Sequence record: ON862890.1
Length of the DNA: 64,000 nt
Reading direction: 5' to 3' (one strand)
Source of the DNA: Escherichia phage A221
Translations under genes and position numbers: made by a program
Part shown: positions 36,368-46,914 of the stretch, one piece after another
Position numbering within the stretch: the first letter of the stretch is position 1
Layout: each line of letters starts with the position of its first letter
Notes under the pieces: generated by a model
The model's database searches: none
What the model was told of the DNA's origin: nothing
What the model saw: the letters and a program-made list of their open reading frames with translations, nothing else

Positions 36368-37798
36368 ATGATCCCTATCCTTGAAACAGTCCACCGACTT
36401 CGCGAAACCAAAGGCAGCAATGCGAAGAAAGCCGTGCTGACCGAAGCATTCAAGAACAACCCAGACTTGGCAGACTTCCTGCAGTATGTCTATGACCCAA
36501 TGACGTCGTTCTATCGGACTGAGTTGAAGCTCAGCGCGTATCCTCGCATGCTCGTCCGTGAGAAGACTGATGACATTAGCGAAGTCTATGAAGTCCTCGA
36601 CCAGATGGCACAGCGCCTTGTCGGTGGCCAAAAGGCTGATGCCCTGTTGGCCTCTGTCGCCCTGAAGATGGATCCCCAATACCACGAACTCATTCAGATG
36701 ATCCTAGACCGTGATATCAAGGCGGGTATCGCTGAGAAGGGCATCAACGCTGCATTCAACGCCGCCGGAGGCACTGGACGCCTGATCAACATCCTTCCAT
36801 ATCATCGTTATGACAACATGACGATTGACCTGCTGAAGAAGATGGACTTCAAGCGCGGCGTCTACAGCCAGCTGAAGTCAGACGGTATGTTCGCCAACAT
36901 CATATGTCGGTACAATAAAGAGCCTGAGATTCGCTCTCGCTCCGGTTCCCTTATCGCAGGTGGTTCGGTTGATAACCTTTCACTGGTGTTCAAAGACCTG
37001 ATCTACGATGCGGGGATTGGTGAGAGTGTGTTCCATGGTGAACTTCTCGTTGTTGACCTCAAGTCGAATACCATCCTGCCTCGTGCTGTCGGTAACGGTA
37101 AACTCAACAGCGTGATTCAGACAGGAGAACCCCTGGAAGATCGTTATCGGGTGATCTACCGGGTGTGGGATGTTGTGCCGTATGAACAATGGTTCAACGC
37201 CCAGCGCGTGGACACCCCGTATGAGCGCCGCTTCGATATTATCCAGCAACTGTTTGATGAAGACGACGGTCTGGTTCAGGTTCAAGAAACCCGCGTTGTT
37301 CACTCATTTGCCGAAGCCGTCGACCACTTCAAAGACGCGCTGGCTCGCAAAGAAGAAGGCACGATATGTAAGGCCGCAGACATGCCGTGGGAAGATGGTA
37401 CTTCTTCTGAAGGTCTGAAGCTGAAGATGGAGGTTGAGTGTGACCTTGAAATCGTGGGCTTCAACGAGGCTGACAAGAAGGGTAAACACGCCAAGACTTT
37501 TGGCTCACTGATTTGTAAAACTTCCGACAGCCTGCTTGTCGTTGGCGTATCAGGGATCTCAGATGAGCTGAGACGCCATATGTGGGAGAACCAGGGCGAC
37601 TACATTGGCAAGATCGCCGCAGTGCTCTCCAATGGCGTACAGGATAAGACCGATGATGCGATGAAGTCTTTGTTCCTACCTCGCCTTGTAGAAGTCCGCA
37701 TTGACAAGAAAGTGGCCAACACACTGGATGAAGTCTATGCGATACAGAAAGCGTACATTGAAAACATCGCATTCCTGTTGGAGAAGAGTAATGGGTGA
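36368..37798 (+). CDS. 30: ATP-dependent DNA ligase (T4 gp30-like)
   Basis: Adenylation motif LKSDG (KxDG); 476 aa vs T4 ligase 487 aa. Confidence 0.8.
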   Translation: MIPILETVHRLRETKGSNAKKAVLTEAFKNNPDLADFLQYVYDPMTSFYRTELKLSAYPRMLVREKTDDISEVYEVLDQMAQRLVGGQKADALLASVALKMDPQYHELIQMILDRDIKAGIAEKGINAAFNAAGGTGRLINILPYHRYDNMTIDLLKKMDFKRGVYSQLKSDGMFANIICRYNKEPEIRSRSGSLIAGGSVDNLSLVFKDLIYDAGIGESVFHGELLVVDLKSNTILPRAVGNGKLNSVIQTGEPLEDRYRVIYRVWDVVPYEQWFNAQRVDTPYERRFDIIQQLFDEDDGLVQVQETRVVHSFAEAVDHFKDALARKEEGTICKAADMPWEDGTSSEGLKLKMEVECDLEIVGFNEADKKGKHAKTFGSLICKTSDSLLVVGVSGISDELRRHMWENQGDYIGKIAAVLSNGVQDKTDDAMKSLFLPRLVEVRIDKKVANTLDEVYAIQKAYIENIAFLLEKSNG

Positions 37799-37802
37799 GT
37801 AT

Positions 37803-38024
37803 ATGAGTTTCTGGTGGGCGAAGTTCTTGGTTGAACTTCAGATATCCGGCATCGTCTTCTTGATCGCCGTGATCCTAGTTGCCCGTTCGGCGTTCAAGCA
37901 ATGGCGCTGCAAACACAGCACCTATCGTGAGAACCATGCTTGCCATGCTATCTGCACCCATTGCGGGAAGGATCTTGGGTTTGTAGGCACTGTTCGCGAG
38001 ATGAAGAAACACAAAGAGGTGTGA
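37803..38024 (+). CDS. small membrane protein with Cys/His motif
   Basis: N-terminal hydrophobic helix; CKHS...CHAICTHCG; ATG just after ligase stop. Confidence 0.4.
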   Translation: MSFWWAKFLVELQISGIVFLIAVILVARSAFKQWRCKHSTYRENHACHAICTHCGKDLGFVGTVREMKKHKEV

Positions 38025-38028
38025 TCTG

Positions 38029-38286
38029 ATGGACGAGCTATTCGCATTGGTGATTGCATTAACGTTCTTACTGTCCTTGATTATCAGCTCGCTTGTGTTG
38101 TTGCTGGTGTGGATAGCTATTCCCGAGATCAATAACCACAAGGCGCTCGTTGTCGTGATTATCCTAGGTCTGAGTGCTTCCCTTACTCTTCACTATTCCA
38201 AACAGGAGTATAATCCTAACAAATATTACAAGACATTAGCGGACAAGTATCATGAGTTTAAGAATGAAAGAGCTTCCGGTAAATGA
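38029..38286 (+). CDS. small membrane protein (two TM helices)
   Basis: Hydrophobic segments; RBS AGAGG. Confidence 0.45.
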   Translation: MDELFALVIALTFLLSLIISSLVLLLVWIAIPEINNHKALVVVIILGLSASLTLHYSKQEYNPNKYYKTLADKYHEFKNERASGK

Positions 38287-38503
38287 CAAGAAGTACATGT
38301 ACAAGGTTCTGCTGAGCCTCGGGGTGTCACAATCTGGGCTGGCTCGTTTATTGGATTGTTCTAATGTTGTGAACTACTGGGCGAAGGGTTATCGTGTTGT
38401 CCCCCGCTCCTTCCGTCGCTTCATCCTGGTGTTACAGTTCATCAAGAAGAAAGGGCTGATGGAAGAGTTATTGCAATTTATTAAAGAAGAGGAACGCAAA
38501 TGA
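38252..38503 (+). CDS. hypothetical protein, possible HTH
   Basis: LGVSQSGLARLL helix-turn-helix-like segment; overlaps neighbours. Confidence 0.35.
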   Translation: MSLRMKELPVNDKKYMYKVLLSLGVSQSGLARLLDCSNVVNYWAKGYRVVPRSFRRFILVLQFIKKKGLMEELLQFIKEEERK

Positions 38504-39195
38504 ACTATACCCGAGCGTTGGTTTCTATCCTTGAAAGGTCTTATTCTCGCAATCTGATTGGGTATTCAGAAAGACACCATAAAGAACCCAGGAGCTTGGG
38601 AGGGACTGATACTGCGGAGAATATTGCTGTTCTAACTGCTCGGGAACATTTCATAGTTCACAAACTTTTGGCCAAGATATTCAGTACGTCTCCTGCATAC
38701 GTGAAAATCTTTTCTTTGATGAGAAATATATCAAAATCACAAACTTCACGTCAATACGAAGAGTTCGCTCTCAGAAAATGGGAAAGGGTGAAGACAGCCA
38801 ACAGTACTCCAGAGTTTAAACAAAAATGCAGTGAAAGATTCAAGGGGGTGGCGTTATCCCGTGAACACAGATCGAAAATTTCCGATTCGCTGATGGGCAG
38901 ACCCAAATCAGATTCACAACGTTCCAAATTAAAACAAATCCATTCAAAGCCTTGGGAAAGTCCAAATGCGACACATACCCGCAAATATTGGGCTTTGGCA
39001 GGAATATTCTATGATTGGTGGGTAGCCGATGGTGCCAGGTTAGGCATATGTCGAAATGTAACGATGGTCAAGGAATTGGGGGTGGATCGCGCCGAAATGA
39101 CCGCCAAAAGTTGCATACAAAGATTTCAAAAAGGATGGGTGCCGTACAATGATGAGAATTGGGTTAAGTTTTTCGAGGAAATGAAAAATGCGTGA
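38500..39195 (+). CDS. HNH homing endonuclease (intact, free-standing)
   Basis: HNH motif ERHHKEPRSLGGTDTAENIAVLTAREH; C-terminal domain homologous to 54632-54835; RBS GAGGAA. Confidence 0.8.
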   Translation: MNYTRALVSILERSYSRNLIGYSERHHKEPRSLGGTDTAENIAVLTAREHFIVHKLLAKIFSTSPAYVKIFSLMRNISKSQTSRQYEEFALRKWERVKTANSTPEFKQKCSERFKGVALSREHRSKISDSLMGRPKSDSQRSKLKQIHSKPWESPNATHTRKYWALAGIFYDWWVADGARLGICRNVTMVKELGVDRAEMTAKSCIQRFQKGWVPYNDENWVKFFEEMKNA

Positions 39196-39853
39196 GTATA
39201 CCGATTGGGAAAAAATGCAGTTCGAGCGGGCGTTCAACGTTTACTGTGTCTTCATGGCGATCAAGCTGCACTTCACCACTAAGGACTTCGATTACAGCTT
39301 GTATGGACCGATGAATTACAAGTTCGAGACGTTCTTGGCGAAGGAGGCCGTGTGCAAACAGTTTGCTCGCCTTGCCCGTCGATTCGAGTCATCACAGGGT
39401 GAAGTGGTAGAGAACTACATCATTGCCAACTTCATCAAATCACCCAAGACCTGGGTGACGACATTGCTTACACGCCAGGCTCAGGCCAATTATGATGAAT
39501 ACCGTAAGCTGTACGAGAACTTCACATATAACTTCCTTGAGGAGTTCGAGCGGGAGATGATCCCTGCCATAAGGGAGCGCAACTGCACCTTCATTGAGTA
39601 CATCAAGGGGACGGGTACAGGTCATCCACCGTTGCTAACAGACATCATCATCAAGAAGTTCCCGATTTGGTTCCTTGTCGGTCTGAACAAGATCGTTGGT
39701 TTCATTCATCTATACGATACGATTCTGCGTGATGACATCTACTGGAACTCAGAGGCGTTCTTGCTCAGGAAGACGAATGCTGTGGTTCCGGATGAGGATA
39801 CCACATATTCAAAACAGAGACTCCGTGAGCTAATACAAGCCCACGGAATCTGA
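39188..39853 (+). CDS. hypothetical protein (weak resemblance to helicase loader gp59)
   Basis: 221 aa vs T4 gp59 217 aa; only loose pattern similarity. Confidence 0.35.
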   Translation: MREYTDWEKMQFERAFNVYCVFMAIKLHFTTKDFDYSLYGPMNYKFETFLAKEAVCKQFARLARRFESSQGEVVENYIIANFIKSPKTWVTTLLTRQAQANYDEYRKLYENFTYNFLEEFEREMIPAIRERNCTFIEYIKGTGTGHPPLLTDIIIKKFPIWFLVGLNKIVGFIHLYDTILRDDIYWNSEAFLLRKTNAVVPDEDTTYSKQRLRELIQAHGI

Positions 39854-41800
39854 TTACCATTCCCACAGGATGCGGGAATTATCTGTTTTGTTCTCAGGCT
39901 CAAGATATGAGCTGTTGAAGTTATTGGTCGTGTTGATCCTCTTAGAAGCATCCACATTCTGCTGTACTGGCATCACGACGCTGGCCGGAGGCGGTGAATA
40001 GCCGCCTTGTACTTGCTCAATATTAGACAGCGCCCTCCCTTGTGATGGCATGGCCCCGCCCAGAGTACCACCCCCGATAGAACCATACGCAGCTTTCAGC
40101 TGAGAGGTGCGGTCATTAGTCATATTCTTGTAATCTGAAGACGCACCAGAAGGTATTGGAGTCAGCGTTTGTGGATCGATGTTCGGTTGTGCTGGCGTCT
40201 GTGGCTGCTGGGTCTCTGTCACATCAGGAGACGGATTCTCATCAGTGTCAATCAGCATAGACTGGCGAGCCTCATCCATCTTCTGCTTCGCAGCCTGTCC
40301 ACCCAGAGCGTCAGGGATGATGCTGACGAACTTGTCAACGATATCGAACATCGCATTGGTGATTGTGTTCAGCATGTTGAAGAAAGGTTTCTTCACATTT
40401 TCGGCAAATCCCTTCTTGATATCGTCAATGACCTTGTTGGCCACACCCATGCCCTCGTCGATCACACTACTGATACCCCCTGTGATCCAGTCTACCAGCT
40501 TTATCAACTCGGACTGTAGGTTGTCTGCTAACTTGCCAGGGATATCCGTAAGAGACGTGTCTCTCCCGATCCCTGCAAACAAGTCGTTGCTAATCCAGTC
40601 GATAATACCATTCAGCCAACGAGCGGGAGCCTCAGTGATCATGAGGGTGTATTTGCGCAGGGTTTCACCCGCCTCGGTATCAAAGCCAAAGATCTTGGAC
40701 ACCCAGTCAAATAGATCACCAAATCCACCAACCAGTTCTGATATCCCCGCCCGTACTCGGTCAACTATCGTGACAGCACCTTTACCTAGGATCTCCTTCG
40801 CATCAATGAAGCCTTTACCGAAGTCCCAGATCATAGACAGGAGAGCCAGTGGGCCGACTTTCAGGAACTTGAACACCTTCCCAAATGGGCCCAGAAGTTT
40901 GGTGATACCTTCTCCCAGTTTGGAGAACATGCCGAGGAAAGTCCCGACAACACCACCGATGATCTTGAACGGCTTGAGCAAGAAGCCCTTCAGTGCATTC
41001 AGGCCAAGCATGGCCGCCACAGCAGCCCCGATACCGGAGGAATCGTCTTTCTGGTCATCGTCTTTGGGTATAACAGAACCCGCCTGAGGATGACCACCCG
41101 TTTCTTTGTCGGTTTCCCCACGGCGCATCTCGTCCTTCTCACGCCACTTCTGGTCTTCATCAAAGATGCGTGTCAGCACTCCAACGATATGACCGCCCGT
41201 GCGCCCAATCTTGTTTTCAATGCTAGACAAGCGAGTAAGGGTGTCATCGGAGTTCTTTTTCAGTTCAGCAACATCGTCACGAACCTCGATCATCACTCCG
41301 TCGATCATGTTCAAGAATGATCCCACGCGGACCAGAGACACACTCTGCTCGTCCATGCGCTTGAGGGTGTCATCATTAGCAGACTTCAGCTGGTCTGAGA
41401 TCAGGTTAAGATACTCCAGGGACGTGTCATCTGTTGGCATGCGGGTGATCTCACCGAGGCGGTCAATCTTGCCTGCGATATTCTCCAGTTCCCGATTGCC
41501 TTCGTTACCCACATCGACAGTATCCTTCATCCATACGCTGAAGTCGCGGGTGAAGATCGGAGACATGCGAGCGAATCCCATGACGATCTCATTGACTGTC
41601 GGGATACGGATTTCAAATGGCTTGGACTCGGCCTTGGTGCCCTGTTTAGTGGCAGATTCCAGCTTGGCCAGATTCTTGTTCATCCGGTCAAGCTGTTTGT
41701 TGGTTTCATTCTGAGCGCGGAGTTGTTTGCGCTGCATCATCTCCGCCTTGATCTTGTCTAGAACTTTGACAACATCATTGTTCGTTGCTTCCTGTGCCAT
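39854..41800 (-). CDS. tail tape measure / tail length determinator (gp29-like)
   Basis: 648 aa; N-terminal coiled-coil, central Gly-rich hydrophobic segments, position in baseplate/tail module. Confidence 0.6.
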   Translation of the reverse strand: MAQEATNNDVVKVLDKIKAEMMQRKQLRAQNETNKQLDRMNKNLAKLESATKQGTKAESKPFEIRIPTVNEIVMGFARMSPIFTRDFSVWMKDTVDVGNEGNRELENIAGKIDRLGEITRMPTDDTSLEYLNLISDQLKSANDDTLKRMDEQSVSLVRVGSFLNMIDGVMIEVRDDVAELKKNSDDTLTRLSSIENKIGRTGGHIVGVLTRIFDEDQKWREKDEMRRGETDKETGGHPQAGSVIPKDDDQKDDSSGIGAAVAAMLGLNALKGFLLKPFKIIGGVVGTFLGMFSKLGEGITKLLGPFGKVFKFLKVGPLALLSMIWDFGKGFIDAKEILGKGAVTIVDRVRAGISELVGGFGDLFDWVSKIFGFDTEAGETLRKYTLMITEAPARWLNGIIDWISNDLFAGIGRDTSLTDIPGKLADNLQSELIKLVDWITGGISSVIDEGMGVANKVIDDIKKGFAENVKKPFFNMLNTITNAMFDIVDKFVSIIPDALGGQAAKQKMDEARQSMLIDTDENPSPDVTETQQPQTPAQPNIDPQTLTPIPSGASSDYKNMTNDRTSQLKAAYGSIGGGTLGGAMPSQGRALSNIEQVQGGYSPPPASVVMPVQQNVDASKRINTTNNFNSSYLEPENKTDNSRILWEW

Positions 41801-41810
41801 GGGTCACCTC

Positions 41811-43199
41811 TTAAACCTTCTGTGCTTGGCCTTTCTCAATCGCCTGAGGAGTAGTGGTGGAAGCAGTTGTCTGATTGGTCTGAGGTGGAAGCACCTGCTC
41901 CAGCAAACTGTCCTTGGCAATCTCAGCGATGCACTGATAATCTTTGGTCAGGCGGGAAATCTTGTGACGCACTTTGGTCACGATATAGTGGCCTGTAGAT
42001 AGCTTACTTAACTCTGCCAGGTTTTCGTTCTTCTTAGGACGGTTGGACTGGTCTTCGACGTAGAACACCTGACCGACGTTCAGGCGGTTATCACCAACGA
42101 GCAACACGCGCATCACAGTGCTGGCAAGACTGAAGTTGATAACACGACGAGCATAATCAATCTGCTCCGCTCCATCCGGCTGGGCTTCAATGTAACGGAC
42201 GTTCTGACGATTGAATTCATCTGAGAACATTGGGAACGGATCAAGGTGAGCCGTCTCTGCAAACCACTCAGTATAGATGCGCTGTGTTGGGGTAACTGTC
42301 TTGGTCTCAAAGTCGTAGACGCGCTCGTTCACCGCCAGGACATCGCGGTAGTTTGCCATGAACTGGTCACGCGCCAGCTTCTTCTCTGCCTTGATGATCG
42401 TGCGCATAAAGCGCTCAGAGTTGAAGTTGTTATCCTGCATGAGCGGCGCGTCCTGAGGATCACGGAACAACTTGTTCTGCTGAGCTAGTTCCTGCTTCTC
42501 TTCTGCTGTCAATGACTGGCTGCCCTGGTTGAACAACGTCGTCAGGCTCTTGAAGTGATAGCCATTGAAGTCTTCATAGAACACGAATGGCATGAACAAT
42601 TCGTCATAAGAACGGCTCGCCATATAATCAATAGATCGCAGCACGGGCCAGAGCGGGGTGGCGAACCGCTCTTGAATTCCATATGAAGGGTCGATGTCTT
42701 CGAACTTGGTGCGCGACTCCAGCTGATTGAAGATTGTCTTCGCCATGTCAGAATACGAACCGTCAAGACCGAGGGAGCATCGGATCATGCTGTCCTTATA
42801 GGCATCGGTGGTCACCATGTGCAACCAGAATGCTTTCTTGGACGAGCTGTTGGACTCATCAGCTACACGCCCAACACGCGCTACGCGCAGGGAGAGAGTG
42901 GTGTATTCCGAGGCCGCCGGACTCTTGAATGACACCACAACTTCTTCACCACCCAAGATAGGCATTGTGTCAAGAATGTCCCACCCCTCTTTTATCAAGA
43001 CATTGGCTGTAAGTGATGGAGATGACTTCCCTTCAAGACCCAGATCCTGGAAGACGTTGAACTCCTCAAACAACGCCGTCAGGTCATATGGTGTTGGTGA
43101 TCCACCCTGGGGTGTATGAGGGAGTATCGCCATATACTTCAGGTCAAATGTTGTTGACGGTGTTACAATACCGTCTTGGGTCTCTCTGTTTTCGATCAT
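41811..43199 (-). CDS. putative baseplate hub subunit (gp27-like)
   Basis: 462 aa, translationally coupled (ATGA overlap) within tail module; assignment by synteny and size. Confidence 0.4.
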   Translation of the reverse strand: MIENRETQDGIVTPSTTFDLKYMAILPHTPQGGSPTPYDLTALFEEFNVFQDLGLEGKSSPSLTANVLIKEGWDILDTMPILGGEEVVVSFKSPAASEYTTLSLRVARVGRVADESNSSSKKAFWLHMVTTDAYKDSMIRCSLGLDGSYSDMAKTIFNQLESRTKFEDIDPSYGIQERFATPLWPVLRSIDYMASRSYDELFMPFVFYEDFNGYHFKSLTTLFNQGSQSLTAEEKQELAQQNKLFRDPQDAPLMQDNNFNSERFMRTIIKAEKKLARDQFMANYRDVLAVNERVYDFETKTVTPTQRIYTEWFAETAHLDPFPMFSDEFNRQNVRYIEAQPDGAEQIDYARRVINFSLASTVMRVLLVGDNRLNVGQVFYVEDQSNRPKKNENLAELSKLSTGHYIVTKVRHKISRLTKDYQCIAEIAKDSLLEQVLPPQTNQTTASTTTPQAIEKGQAQKV

Positions 43200-43750
43200 T
43201 TCGCCAACTCCTGCTCCAGCTGATTGACAAACGAAGACACATAATCTGGGTCGAGTACTTGGATGTTCCGTTTGGCTTCATTCTTACTGATTGCATCATC
43301 ATGGTATGAAACTGCCGTCAGACCATAGTTAGCAATTATGGACGGCTCATCCAGGTCTAGGTTATATGCAAATTTGATAGCACGGGCGTCGGTTACATTG
43401 TTGAACTGGTCGACATAATAGGCTGTATCCCACATACCATCGATGCCATAATCTGCAGTCAGTTCTTCAATAATACGGCGTTCCGGTTTCGGCCAGTCCT
43501 TATTGATGTCCATGATGCCGTTTATCAGACAAGGTATCCAAAACAACTCGAAGGATCCGTAAACGCGTTCTGCAAAAGACCTTGGGGTTTCCCCCTCTTG
43601 GATCGTATACGGCAGGAGAAGCCCTTCGATGTCCTTAATTTTCTGTAAGATCATCACCCGGCGCGTTAAATTCTGTAACAGCACCTGATCATTCTCTTGG
43701 ACATCTTGCAATTGATGCCAAACAAGTGGAAACTTCTCAAAATATTTCAT
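43196..43750 (-). CDS. putative baseplate hub distal subunit (gp28-like)
   Basis: 184 aa vs T4 gp28 177 aa; synteny only. Confidence 0.35.
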   Translation of the reverse strand: MKYFEKFPLVWHQLQDVQENDQVLLQNLTRRVMILQKIKDIEGLLLPYTIQEGETPRSFAERVYGSFELFWIPCLINGIMDINKDWPKPERRIIEELTADYGIDGMWDTAYYVDQFNNVTDARAIKFAYNLDLDEPSIIANYGLTAVSYHDDAISKNEAKRNIQVLDPDYVSSFVNQLEQELAK

Positions 43751-43761
43751 GGCATCCTCTC

Positions 43762-44730
43762 TTAGAAGCTATCGCCTTCGGTTTCAAAGCGCCCTTTATG
43801 CAGAGGCTCCAGTTCGATGAAGGTCATGTCAACCTGCGTGGACACGATACCATCATCTTTGTGAACCGCGTATGAACTGTCCGGCGTCTCGTTGACGAAC
43901 ATGTTGGAAAGTACACAAGTGGAGATGCGGTGCAGCCACTGGTTACGCTCCCCATTGACCATGAACGTAATGTCGAATGTTGAAGGATGCAAGTAAAACG
44001 CGCTGGAATTCTTGTTGTACTTGTACTCTGGGTACATATGCATCTTGAACATGCGGATGATCTCACGGACCATCTTGGCTTCCTTCTGAGATCGCGGCGT
44101 GAATTTGAATGTAAATGGAATCTCACGGTTGCGAACACCCTGGAAGATCATCTCCACATATGGGTTGGTCATGGTGCCTGTGAACAACTCAAGGGTGTCA
44201 TGGGCGTTAATGCTCGGCAGGAATGGAATAGCCTCCGACGCAGATTGGATAGCCTTGGTGGCAGCGAATCGCCCCATCTCCTTCCCGACGTTGAGCGCAT
44301 CACCCAGTTTAAACTGAGTCATGTCTTGGGCGGCGCGGGAAAGGAACTGTGCCCCCATACCAGCCAACCCCAGCTCGCTACCGTTCCAGCCAACACCATA
44401 GTTGGTTGTAATGGACTCGGGCATACAAAGTACGATAGACTCGTTTGAACGAACGTGACGCGCCCATGCATATTTGGTGATGGAACCAGACTTGGACCCA
44501 TAGACCACAGGAGTATTCCCCAGAGGGTTCTGTATTGGGTTCTCGATAGTCTGAGTAGCCGTGTTGCCATAAGATGAACCGGAGATACGGTTGATGTTGA
44601 ATAGGACATAGTGTCCTAAAGTCTTACCCCCAGTGACGTCTAGGGGATAAGACAATTGCTTCTGAGCCTGGGACAATCCCTTCGTGTTCAGAACCTTGAT
44701 CTTATCGATTGTCTTCTTGAAGTCGGCCAT
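43762..44730 (-). CDS. putative baseplate-tail tube junction protein (gp48/gp54-like)
   Basis: 322 aa first gene of tail module; synteny and size. Confidence 0.35.
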   Translation of the reverse strand: MADFKKTIDKIKVLNTKGLSQAQKQLSYPLDVTGGKTLGHYVLFNINRISGSSYGNTATQTIENPIQNPLGNTPVVYGSKSGSITKYAWARHVRSNESIVLCMPESITTNYGVGWNGSELGLAGMGAQFLSRAAQDMTQFKLGDALNVGKEMGRFAATKAIQSASEAIPFLPSINAHDTLELFTGTMTNPYVEMIFQGVRNREIPFTFKFTPRSQKEAKMVREIIRMFKMHMYPEYKYNKNSSAFYLHPSTFDITFMVNGERNQWLHRISTCVLSNMFVNETPDSSYAVHKDDGIVSTQVDMTFIELEPLHKGRFETEGDSF

Positions 44731-44780
44731 GGTCTCAGCCCTTAAATAGATAGAGTGTTATGGCTATTTAGGACTAGATT

Positions 44781-45395
44781 ATGAGCAACTATCTTCAGGG
44801 GAAGTACACCCCAGTTAATCCCAAGAAGTATCAGGGGAATGTGAATAACATCATCTTCCGCTCTTCGCTGGAGTTGGTGGCTTTCAAGTTCTGTGATATG
44901 AACTCCGCGATAGTGAAGTGGTCTAGTGAGGAGACTGTTATCCCTTACATTTCCCCAGTCGACGGGCGCACCCATCGTTACTTCATGGACCTCAAGGTCT
45001 GGACGCGCCGTGAAGGGCAAGAGGAACTACAGGTCACCCTCATTGAGATCAAGCCCAAAGACCAGATCAAGCAGCCGAAGAAGACTCCGAACATGAAGGA
45101 GTCGACATTCAACAATGCGATGCGAACCTGGTTGGTCAACTCTGCCAAGTGGGAGGCCACCCGCGAACTGTGTGCCAAGAAGAACTGGAAGTTCATTATA
45201 TGGACCGAAGAGCATCTTGTTCCGGGTGAAGATCCGGATGTTCGTAAACAGTTTGAGCTGAAGTCGAAAAAGAAACGGGATATGGAGATGCAAGATCGCC
45301 GACATGCCGAACGTGTCAGGGTGCTGAAGGAACAGATGCGGAAGGAGATTAAACCCGCCCCAACGGAGCGGGATGATGGACTGCTCTTACCTTAA
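44781..45395 (+). CDS. hypothetical protein with possible PD-(D/E)xK nuclease motif
   Basis: FMDLKVW ... LIEIKPK resembles D...E-x-K core; 204 aa. Confidence 0.3.
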   Translation: MSNYLQGKYTPVNPKKYQGNVNNIIFRSSLELVAFKFCDMNSAIVKWSSEETVIPYISPVDGRTHRYFMDLKVWTRREGQEELQVTLIEIKPKDQIKQPKKTPNMKESTFNNAMRTWLVNSAKWEATRELCAKKNWKFIIWTEEHLVPGEDPDVRKQFELKSKKKRDMEMQDRRHAERVRVLKEQMRKEIKPAPTERDDGLLLP

Positions 45396-45604
45396 CTTCT
45401 CTTGTGGCCAGGGGCGTAACAGGTATGCCTGTCGCGCCCAATTTGCCAGCCGTCTGCTCGCGCCTGTTTGACACACTCACCCCAAGTCTCACCAGTGTAT
45501 TGTTTGAACCCGCACTTGGGGTGATGCTCTTCCCAAGCCCAACTGCATGCCTTGCAATCTGAGCATTCACAATAAAGATCGATGGTGTAACCTGAAATGA
45601 TCAT
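45392..45604 (-). CDS. small cysteine-rich protein
   Basis: CECSDCKAC...C...C pattern; 70 aa. Confidence 0.4.
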   Translation of the reverse strand: MIISGYTIDLYCECSDCKACSWAWEEHHPKCGFKQYTGETWGECVKQARADGWQIGRDRHTCYAPGHKRS

Positions 45605-45606
45605 GA

Positions 45607-46014
45607 TCAGTCTTCTAGGTGATCGTAGATCTTCTGGCGGAACGCATTACCACCAGCACAACCCTTGGCCAGCAGGTGGGTGCCGCCCGTACCGATCACG
45701 CTGATTGTTGAGAAGCCCAGGATGCGACCTGTGATGGACTGATCAACCTTCACTGTCTCCACCTTACCAATGCGCAACTCATCAGCATCACGACGGATGA
45801 AACCACGTTTGACGATGACGCGCTTGTTAGTCACAGCGAATTCAGTTGTCAATACATTTAAAATTGTTGGTATCAGAAATAACAAGCTGAATCCAAATGT
45901 TGGGATAAACGTTAAAATAACCAGAACGTAAATCCAAAAACCGCTCCACCAAGTCGGGCGGGTGAAGGCAATAACGTGCTCGTCTTTGCCGAGCATACGA
46001 TCTACATAACGCAT
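45607..46014 (-). CDS. membrane protein with bacterial PH-like domain
   Basis: Two N-terminal TM helices followed by YdbS/YdbT-like segment. Confidence 0.4.
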   Translation of the reverse strand: MRYVDRMLGKDEHVIAFTRPTWWSGFWIYVLVILTFIPTFGFSLLFLIPTILNVLTTEFAVTNKRVIVKRGFIRRDADELRIGKVETVKVDQSITGRILGFSTISVIGTGGTHLLAKGCAGGNAFRQKIYDHLED

Positions 46015-46024
46015 GATAAATTCC

Positions 46025-46534
46025 TTATTTGTCAGGGTTCACTAAAACAGGGGTGGATACCAGTTCGCCGCTCTTCACAGAATGCTGGACTACAACAATC
46101 TGATCGACCATGCGATATACTTCAATCCCAGCAGCCAGCATTTCAATAATGCCGTCTATGATACGATATGGTCGGTCATAGAACACTTTAGCGATCTTGC
46201 CACTGTCGATAATACGACGGGTGCACTCTGGGCATGGACTATGAGTGACAAACATCACCAGGCCACAACAGTCTTCAGTGTGCTGGGGGAGTTTGCTCAG
46301 AGCATTCTCCTCGGCGTGGATAACACCCACCGATACCAGTTGACCGTCTACTTCCTTCTCACAGACATTAGGAGCGCCAGGAGCAGTCCCGTTCCAACCG
46401 ATAGACAGGGGCTGGTCAACACGCGGGTCAACGATAACACAGCCGACCTTCAGGCGCTGGGCATAGCTGGACAGAGCGTATGCATGAGCCGAGCGCATAT
46501 GCGCAAATAACATACGGGGTTTGATAGCCATCAC
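46025..46534 (-). CDS. cd: dCMP deaminase
   Basis: Zinc-binding motifs HAEENA and SPCPECTRRI match T4 Cd HAELNA / SPCPDCAKAI. Confidence 0.85.
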   Translation of the reverse strand: MMAIKPRMLFAHMRSAHAYALSSYAQRLKVGCVIVDPRVDQPLSIGWNGTAPGAPNVCEKEVDGQLVSVGVIHAEENALSKLPQHTEDCCGLVMFVTHSPCPECTRRIIDSGKIAKVFYDRPYRIIDGIIEMLAAGIEVYRMVDQIVVVQHSVKSGELVSTPVLVNPDK

Positions 46535-46845
46535 ATCACCAGTTTCTTTTCAAGGAGGAAGATCATGTCGTCTTGGTCTGCACGACCAAAGATCTGACCC
46601 ATGGCGACCATCTGGTGGACTTCCCTGACAATGATTTCTTTGCCAGGAGTAACTTCATCCAGGTCCATGATAGTGCTGACGCGGTCTACCATGCGCGGCG
46701 GGTGATTAATGTAGCGCTGCAGGTACTTCTCACGAGTGGCGATCAAAGTGTTCAGCTCGGACAGTTCTGTCTCTTCTTCTGAGAAGCGCTTTTCCTTCGC
46801 CTGTAGTTCAGCCAGACGCTCATACATTTCTTTTAATGGGGTCAT
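46531..46845 (-). CDS. hypothetical protein
   Basis: 104 aa, coiled-coil-like N-terminus; 4-nt overlap with downstream gene. Confidence 0.4.
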   Translation of the reverse strand: MTPLKEMYERLAELQAKEKRFSEEETELSELNTLIATREKYLQRYINHPPRMVDRVSTIMDLDEVTPGKEIIVREVHQMVAMGQIFGRADQDDMIFLLEKKLVM

Positions 46846-46914
46846 TTCCGGTTCCTCTTAATAAACGAAGGGAAGTATATACTCCCCCTTCTTCAATAAC
46901 CGCTGAATCTTTAT

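Noticed and set aside
40179-41087. 302-aa ORF on plus strand
   Set aside because: Antisense shadow of the tape-measure gene; low-complexity Ser/Pro-rich translation
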